Shown: positions 57,912 to 64,000 of the stretch, in pieces
Layout of the letters: the number at the start of each line of letters is the position of its first letter
Position numbering within the stretch: position 1 is the first letter of the stretch
IMG/VR virus record: IMGVR_UViG_3300033153_010326
Location: 32,001-96,000 of that record
From: a virus
Length of the DNA: 64,000 nucleotides
Reading direction: 5' to 3' (one strand)
Program-made: the position numbers and the translations under genes
The notes under the pieces: model-generated
Database searches by the model: none
Told to the model about the DNA's origin: nothing
The model's input: only the letters and a program-made list of their open reading frames with translations

Positions 57912-60650
57912 CTATGCCTTTCTTATAGATGTTGTAGTCATTCCTTCTCCATGAGAAGGTATACTTACAGTTCTTTTAAAATATCTAAAATTTTCTACAT
58001 CAATATCTACAGTAAAATCATTCATATTATAAGTTAAAGATGTAATATTTAAAGGAGAATCTAATATTCCATCTACCATTATTCTTTTGTTTAATTCAAT
58101 TCCATAAAATATACAAGCATCTAAAGTTATTTTAATTGTACCTGATACTTTTTTATCAGCAGTTTCGCTTAATTTCCAATAAGCCATATCTTTAGCAAAA
58201 TTAGTATCATTCCAAGTAGGAGTAGAAACATATATAAAATCTCCTGTACTAGATAGTTTACGAGATACAATTCCTCCTTGTATTGACAAACCTGTAAGAT
58301 TTAAAGTATCTAAAATAGTTGTAGGATAATCTCCAACTTTATCTGTAAAAAACATTAAATCATTTGAAATATCTATTTCAGGATTATCTGCATCAGTTTC
58401 TGTACGAGTTATCCAAGTTTGTCTATATATAAGTACAGTTACACAAGGAGCATATAATTTATCCATATGCCCATCTGCATCTTTTGTATAATAATATAAA
58501 GGGTCGTTTAAAGTTAAAATTCCTTCTTTAAAATCTATAGAAAATCCTTCACTTAATACTCCATCTCCTCCTTTTACAGAAGGAATACTTACTCCAGCAC
58601 CAAAAGGTCTAGTAATTTCTACTTCAGGAGGTAAATAATCTGTCCAAGATTCCAATGTAGGATTAACTATTCTATATTTTTTAAATACATCTGCATAAGC
58701 AGAGGATGTTGGATGATAATCAAATCCCTTCCCTTCATATTGTCCTCTTCTTGAAAATATTTCTTGCCCCGAATCCCACATAGGTATAGCCCTAACTCTA
58801 CTTACTCCTATAATTCTACTAGTATATTCTCTTACTTCTCCTTGACTCCCAGGATGTCTTATAATTTGGTCTCCCATTTGAACTCTTAATTTATTAACTA
58901 CATTTTCAGCAGATTCTGTTATATCATGACTTAATACTTGATACAGTTCTAAATTTTCTCCTAATTTTTGAGGTTCTAAATTTATTATAGACCCTCCATT
59001 AGCTGTCCAAAGTTTTTTATTTTCTTCTTCATCATAATACCAATCAAAATTACCACAATTTTGTACCATTGCAGAAATAGCATTACTTCTACCTGTACCA
59101 AATAAACTTGTTGATTGAGGTATAAAATTTCCTATTCCGAAATTAACTCCCACAGAAGCTAATCCTTCCGACATAGTTCTATAATATAATTCACTATTAT
59201 CTGAAGCACTATGTCCAATATCAAACCAAACTTTATTTCTGTTATCTAACCAATATTTATCTTTACAATTAATTTGGATTTTTTCTGGAGTATCTGTTGG
59301 AGCAATAAAAGTGATATAGCCTTTATATATTACAATATCCTTATATTTAATTAATACTGTTGCTTCTAAGTTTGGGCGATTAGCATCATAAGCTCTTTCT
59401 AAGTCAAAAGTAATAGTATGAGCAGAGCCTGTGGTTTTTAAAATTTTAATAGTATCTATATTTATATCTGTTATTTCTACATTATCAAAATAAATTTTTA
59501 GATATTTTTTACCTAATGACTGTATACCTAAATCTCCAGCAACTTGCCAAGGTAATCTCATCCTAAAATCATTAGTAACATCATTTATAGATTGTGCTCT
59601 CATATTAAATTTATTATCTACATCTGATAAATTATCATATGCCATATGAAAAGCCATGTTCATATCGTTTAATTCTAATTTAGCTGTATTTAATTTTTGT
59701 ATAATATCTATTAATTCTGTTTTTACAGTATTAAATTTATTATCTACATCATCTATTACTTGAGAAGCAATATTTATTTTATTATCTATATCTTCTATTT
59801 CTTGAATAACACTTCTAAAATCATTATCTAAATCTTTCATTTCCACATATCCAGCAATAACTTCATCAGTTAAAGATAAAGTAATATCGGGTTGGGATTT
59901 TTCTAAACTTATATTAGTTTCTAATTCGTCATTTAAATTTAAAATTTCATCTAAATATTCTTCTCTCCTATTTACAATAATCTTATCACTTAATCCTAAT
60001 TGTTCTTCTATTTCTACAATAAATCTAAATTGAATAGTATCTGAAAGAGAAAGAGTTTCTTCTGATGATTGTATTAATGCTGGTTGAATTATAAAATTCT
60101 CAGAATAACCAGTTGCAAATTTACTTCCTGCTCCTGCTGTAATACCAAAACCACAATGTAAATACCTCCAAGCAGTATCATCTGCTCCTGATATTCCTGG
60201 GTCTAAAGTATCTAAACAATCAGTATCATTTATTCTATCTTCTTCGGAACTATAAATTTTTACATACATTCTATCAACAATTCTATATATTTTTAAATAA
60301 TATACAGTATCTATAGTTCCTATATAAGTAGACGTTTGATTATTACTTCTAGCAACAATCCAGATATTTCCACTTCCAATATCACTTAAATAAACAAGTT
60401 GTCCTGATAAACCAGCACTTGCTTGATTATTTAATTTAAAAACTCCCATTAAACTAGAAGTATCACTAGAAGTATCCATTCTAACATCAAACCATATCTC
60501 ATAATCTTCAAAATATCCAGCTCCATAATCTTTATAAACATAACTATTATTATAAGTTTCAAGACCTGTTGCTGTATTCCTAGATATAGTTTGAGACCAA
60601 ACATTATTAGGGTCTACTTCTGTGAAGGTTGTAAGATTTACAATTTCCAT
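57912..60650 (-). CDS. putative tail tip/baseplate hub protein
   Basis: beta-rich N-domain, acidic repeats, then a hub-like region (IYKGYI..I.P...IQINCKD). Confidence 0.6.
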   Translation of the reverse strand: MEIVNLTTFTEVDPNNVWSQTISRNTATGLETYNNSYVYKDYGAGYFEDYEIWFDVRMDTSSDTSSLMGVFKLNNQASAGLSGQLVYLSDIGSGNIWIVARSNNQTSTYIGTIDTVYYLKIYRIVDRMYVKIYSSEEDRINDTDCLDTLDPGISGADDTAWRYLHCGFGITAGAGSKFATGYSENFIIQPALIQSSEETLSLSDTIQFRFIVEIEEQLGLSDKIIVNRREEYLDEILNLNDELETNISLEKSQPDITLSLTDEVIAGYVEMKDLDNDFRSVIQEIEDIDNKINIASQVIDDVDNKFNTVKTELIDIIQKLNTAKLELNDMNMAFHMAYDNLSDVDNKFNMRAQSINDVTNDFRMRLPWQVAGDLGIQSLGKKYLKIYFDNVEITDINIDTIKILKTTGSAHTITFDLERAYDANRPNLEATVLIKYKDIVIYKGYITFIAPTDTPEKIQINCKDKYWLDNRNKVWFDIGHSASDNSELYYRTMSEGLASVGVNFGIGNFIPQSTSLFGTGRSNAISAMVQNCGNFDWYYDEEENKKLWTANGGSIINLEPQKLGENLELYQVLSHDITESAENVVNKLRVQMGDQIIRHPGSQGEVREYTSRIIGVSRVRAIPMWDSGQEIFSRRGQYEGKGFDYHPTSSAYADVFKKYRIVNPTLESWTDYLPPEVEITRPFGAGVSIPSVKGGDGVLSEGFSIDFKEGILTLNDPLYYYTKDADGHMDKLYAPCVTVLIYRQTWITRTETDADNPEIDISNDLMFFTDKVGDYPTTILDTLNLTGLSIQGGIVSRKLSSTGDFIYVSTPTWNDTNFAKDMAYWKLSETADKKVSGTIKITLDACIFYGIELNKRIMVDGILDSPLNITSLTYNMNDFTVDIDVENFRYFKRTVSIPSHGEGMTTTSIRKA

Positions 60651-60675
60651 ATTTATTCCTTTTTAATAGTTAAGA

Positions 60676-61143
60676 CTAACCTACTGTAATTGTAAATTTA
60701 AGATATAATTCTGTATCGGCATCTACATTTTTAGTAGTAAATAAAGCCCTATTAAACATTACAGAACCTGTTTCAGTAGCAGAATCAAATAAACCAGCTT
60801 CTTCTATAGCAAAACTTTCTCCAGTACCAAATGAAAAAGTTTTTTCAAAAGTAACTTCATTACCACTTCTAGCAATTGTAGCTAATTCTCTAGCAGATTC
60901 GTTTTTTAAAGCAGTATCTCCTACTACTACAGAATCTCCAGATTCAGATTCTCCTATAGCTATATAGGGAAAACCTGCTATACCTGTTTCTAAATTACCT
61001 AAATAATCTCCAACATTGTATTTTCCAGTATTAACTATGGTATTATGAGCTACTGATTTTTCTATAGTCTTTCCATCACGTCTTAATTCAGCAATAACAT
61101 TAACATTTATAGGAAATTTTATATTATTCTTAGTTCTCTTCAT
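60676..61143 (-). CDS. putative tail/baseplate structural protein
   Basis: HNTIVNTG...YIAIG...DTALKNE...IEEAGLF...MFNR pattern typical of tail structural proteins. Confidence 0.7.
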   Translation of the reverse strand: MKRTKNNIKFPINVNVIAELRRDGKTIEKSVAHNTIVNTGKYNVGDYLGNLETGIAGFPYIAIGESESGDSVVVGDTALKNESARELATIARSGNEVTFEKTFSFGTGESFAIEEAGLFDSATETGSVMFNRALFTTKNVDADTELYLKFTITVG

Positions 61144-61155
61144 TGTATTCCTCCA

Positions 61156-61602
61156 TTATTTCCATTGAGACTCTCTTAATCCCCACGATTTTATTTTTTG
61201 AGAATCTGTTTTATATATTCGTTTAGTTAAATCGCTTAATTTGTATTTGTCTCCATCTTTTTCTGCTTTTAAAGAAATCCTATAACTAACAATTAAATCG
61301 TTTTTTCTGCCCATTATATAAAAATATTCAAGTCTAGGAATATTATGATTAATTTTTTCTGCTGTCTTATTTTTAACATTAATTCTAGCCCAATCTTTAG
61401 TAGCTTCTACCATAAAATAATATAAATCATATCCATCTAAAATTAAATGGTCTCCTCCTGGTAATCGAACAAATATACGTTTTATACTTTTATAGGGAAC
61501 GTCTGTCCATTTAGTATCGAAAAAACTATTACCTCCTATAAATCTAGTATTATCTTCAAATACTATACTATAAAGTGCATGAGTGATTTTCTCGCTCTTC
61601 AT
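61156..61602 (-). CDS. hypothetical protein
   Basis: ORF with RBS in the structural operon. Confidence 0.65.
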   Translation of the reverse strand: MKSEKITHALYSIVFEDNTRFIGGNSFFDTKWTDVPYKSIKRIFVRLPGGDHLILDGYDLYYFMVEATKDWARINVKNKTAEKINHNIPRLEYFYIMGRKNDLIVSYRISLKAEKDGDKYKLSDLTKRIYKTDSQKIKSWGLRESQWK

Positions 61603-61614
61603 AATTTTTCTCCC

Positions 61615-61779
61615 TTACTTTGGTAATTGACAACATTCTAATTTAATAGTAGGTATAGTTGCACCACTTCCCATTTTTATGTCTAATTGACTAATACATA
61701 CATATCCTTCTTTATCTTCTATACCTAAATATTCTTTTACAAGGTCTATTAATTTAGCTCCAAATTGAATATTATCCAT
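61615..61779 (-). CDS. 54-aa hypothetical protein (MDNIQFGAKL...)
   Basis: GGGAGGA RBS; fills the operon gap; below the track cutoff. Confidence 0.55.
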   Translation of the reverse strand: MDNIQFGAKLIDLVKEYLGIEDKEGYVCISQLDIKMGSGATIPTIKLECCQLPK

Positions 61780-61819
61780 ACTTTCCTCCCTTATATTTTA
61801 AAGTTTATCATAAATACTT

Positions 61820-62479
61820 CTAATTCCAGGTAAATCTTGTACTGAGCACAAATGATACAACTTCAGGTGTAGCATAGCCAGCAGGTATTGTAATCTTTAT
61901 ATTAGCATACAATTCATGACTAGTTTCGCCAGTTGCTAATTCATCTAAAGCTCCATTACCTTCATTTAATAATAATACATTATCATTTCCTGCTATAGAA
62001 CTTCCAGCCCAACTTGCTCCTGGAAGTGAAGTTGAAGTAGCGATAGCTTTTAACATAGAATTAGCAGGTGTACCATTTCCAAGTACATGAGCGTCTGTTG
62101 TATTATGATTGGAATCATCCCAAGCTTCTAATTGAGGTTCGCTTGCTGTAGCTCCATCAAAACTAAAATCAAATACAAATTGTTTATTTTCTCCCATACC
62201 AACAACTTCATGAGTATAATAAGCTCCTCCAACATTATGAGAATAATCCATAAGTAAACATAAAGCTACATCTACATCTGCCGAAGCATCTATAATAGCG
62301 GAAGCATTATTAAGTTCTTTAGCTGTTGGTTCTGCTGTCATTAAATCTTTGACAGTAGCATCTCCTTTAGTCCAGATAATATAATCATGGTCAAGGTCTA
62401 AATCTATATATCCAGCTCCTGACTCTCCATATTCAAGGTCAGCATCAATATAATTGGTTCTAATTGTTAAATTAGTCAT
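61820..62479 (-). CDS. putative virion structural protein
   Basis: acidic, Ala/Gly/Thr-rich; AGGAGG RBS. Confidence 0.6.
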   Translation of the reverse strand: MTNLTIRTNYIDADLEYGESGAGYIDLDLDHDYIIWTKGDATVKDLMTAEPTAKELNNASAIIDASADVDVALCLLMDYSHNVGGAYYTHEVVGMGENKQFVFDFSFDGATASEPQLEAWDDSNHNTTDAHVLGNGTPANSMLKAIATSTSLPGASWAGSSIAGNDNVLLLNEGNGALDELATGETSHELYANIKITIPAGYATPEVVSFVLSTRFTWN

Positions 62480-62489
62480 ATTATTCCTC

Positions 62490-63587
62490 CTAGTAAGATA
62501 GCACTAAAAAATTACATTCGTATTCTTGTATTCCAGTTCTGTCCGATTGTGCAAATACAATTTCTTGATTTCTAAAAACAGTATACTCCCAATCCGTAGT
62601 CCAATTTCCACCTGTTAAAGGTCTATGTTCCATACTTAATACTCCTGGTGGAGTAGTAATAGTAGTTCTCATAGTATTCATTAAGGTAGTTAAATCTTCA
62701 TAACCATCTTCATCAAATAATTTTCCTCTAACTGTAATTTCATGACTTCTTTTTCCTCCAGGTATTTTAATAGACCCATCAGCTCTATTTCCATGATGTA
62801 CTATATCTTTATTTTTAGGTTGAGGGTCGTCAATATGAAATACATAAGGTAATTTATATCCTTCACAACATTCACATTCCACAGTAGGAACTACAATAGT
62901 ATCTGGAGTAGCTCCTGTAGCATCTAAATCTACAGGAGAAGCTGAAAAATGATTATGATTTTCTACATGAATACAATCCATATAACCATTGAAAAAATTG
63001 GCAACATTTTTTGTACCTATATATAAAATTCCTGCAAAAGTATCAATATCATTATCTTCAGTATAAGCTACTTGAGTTCCATCTAAATAAATTGCATATA
63101 CATTTGCTATTTTTATTAAAAGTATATGATGCCAATCGGTATCAGTAATTTCAGTTCCAATCATTTCAATTTTTGTATCTCCTCCAGAAATCATCCTAAA
63201 AACTAATCCAGTTCCATGAGCATGTGCAAGATACCATCTATCTCCACCGCCTTCATATTGTCCTATATAATATTCAGTTCCAGAGTGGTCATTATGTTTT
63301 ACGAAAAGTGATATATTTTGAGTATCAGTATTACTTCCACAAAAATCCCAATTATCAGAATCTGGAATTGATAAAAAAGCAGTAGTTCCATTAAATACTC
63401 CAGCATGACTTCCAAATTTTTTAATAGTATTACTAAAAGTTACATCTGTATTGGTAACAATAGTACCCCCATTTGATTTATCAATTACATCATTATTAAG
63501 ACGTAATAATAATTTAATAGCTTCATATTCTGCTAAAGCTGATTTACTTTTAAAAATCACTCTCACTTCATAATTTTTGTATCCCAT
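62490..63587 (-). CDS. distal-tail-like protein with inserted LamG/ConA-like domain
   Basis: KLLL...KFG...FNG...DWHHI...IYLDG...IG...FNGYMD inserted in a Dit-like frame (ITVRG). Confidence 0.7.
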   Translation of the reverse strand: MGYKNYEVRVIFKSKSALAEYEAIKLLLRLNNDVIDKSNGGTIVTNTDVTFSNTIKKFGSHAGVFNGTTAFLSIPDSDNWDFCGSNTDTQNISLFVKHNDHSGTEYYIGQYEGGGDRWYLAHAHGTGLVFRMISGGDTKIEMIGTEITDTDWHHILLIKIANVYAIYLDGTQVAYTEDNDIDTFAGILYIGTKNVANFFNGYMDCIHVENHNHFSASPVDLDATGATPDTIVVPTVECECCEGYKLPYVFHIDDPQPKNKDIVHHGNRADGSIKIPGGKRSHEITVRGKLFDEDGYEDLTTLMNTMRTTITTPPGVLSMEHRPLTGGNWTTDWEYTVFRNQEIVFAQSDRTGIQEYECNFLVLSY

Positions 63588-63994
63588 TATAACTCCTTTG
63601 GATTTTTCTTTATATGGTCTAAAGTGTCTTTTTTAAGTTGGTCAGAACGCTGTTTAAATAGTTCATCCCATCTTTCTGGTGTCATTTCTCCTTTAATATA
63701 TACCTGAAAATCTCCCATATCTATATGATTATGAATTTCTTTTGGGGCTTGGACATCAGCTCTACGATACAATTTTACATCTCTCGTTTCACGAGCCATT
63801 CCCATTTGTATATCAGCTTCTGCTTGTAATCTTCCTATATTCTTTATCTTACCAGAAATACCAGTCATTAATTCTTGTTGAGATAATTCTAATACTGATT
63901 TTTGAAGTTCTAAAAATTTTTCTTTAAGATTTTCAATTGCTTCAAATCCTCTTTTTTCCCAAGGATTCCAAAATTGATTAGCATCAAATTTCAT
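63587..63994 (-). CDS. C-terminal part of a probable tape measure protein
   Basis: helical; immediately upstream of the Dit-like gene; probably truncated by the window edge. Confidence 0.5.
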   Translation of the reverse strand: MKFDANQFWNPWEKRGFEAIENLKEKFLELQKSVLELSQQELMTGISGKIKNIGRLQAEADIQMGMARETRDVKLYRRADVQAPKEIHNHIDMGDFQVYIKGEMTPERWDELFKQRSDQLKKDTLDHIKKNPKEL

Positions 63995-64000
63995 TTGTTC

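Noticed and set aside
63742-63927. 61-aa plus-strand ORF
   Set aside because: Antisense to the structural operon gene
1-64000. tRNA, tmRNA or rRNA genes
   Set aside because: No T-arm/cloverleaf or rRNA-like segment recognised by eye; tRNAscan/Aragorn would confirm

Overview
A 64 kb segment of a large, very AT-rich tailed dsDNA bacteriophage, read with the standard bacterial code. The host is inferred to be bacterial from sigma70-type promoters, AGGAGG ribosome-binding sites, and bS21, RecA, RuvB/RuvC and GGDEF genes. Layout: (1) ~1-14 kb, early region of small ORFs under strong host-type promoters, with a minimal diguanylate cyclase, a RuvB-like ATPase with an N-terminal membrane anchor, a LAGLIDADG endonuclease and a Xer-like recombinase. 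(2) ~14-39.6 kb, nucleotide metabolism, replication and recombination: NDT-like, DUF5664-like, bS21, 5'-3' exonuclease, Hjc-like, a histone-fold protein, primase-helicase, RuvC, RecA, PolB with a Gln-terminated intein, SbcCD-like, HslV-like, MazG-like. (3) ~39.8-55.8 kb, a ~16 kb co-oriented glycan synthesis and decoration cluster: APS kinase, a possible minimal ATP sulfurylase, 2 sulfotransferases, several glycosyltransferases (KpsC/S-like, 2 Maf/DUF115-like), a pyruvyltransferase, 2 B12 radical-SAM enzymes, methyltransferases and a nitroreductase, bracketed by two permuted papain-like enzymes. (4) 55.9-64 kb, convergent minus-strand tail genes. The best candidate for an undescribed system is the phage-encoded sulfated/methylated/pyruvylated glycan pathway. 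Other oddities are a phage histone, a homing endonuclease inserted in frame without intein or intron, an 8-nt interruption resembling a ribosomal hop, two structured RNA candidates, a (TA)n phase-variation switch and apparent GATC avoidance. All family calls come from motif recognition by eye; no database searches were run.
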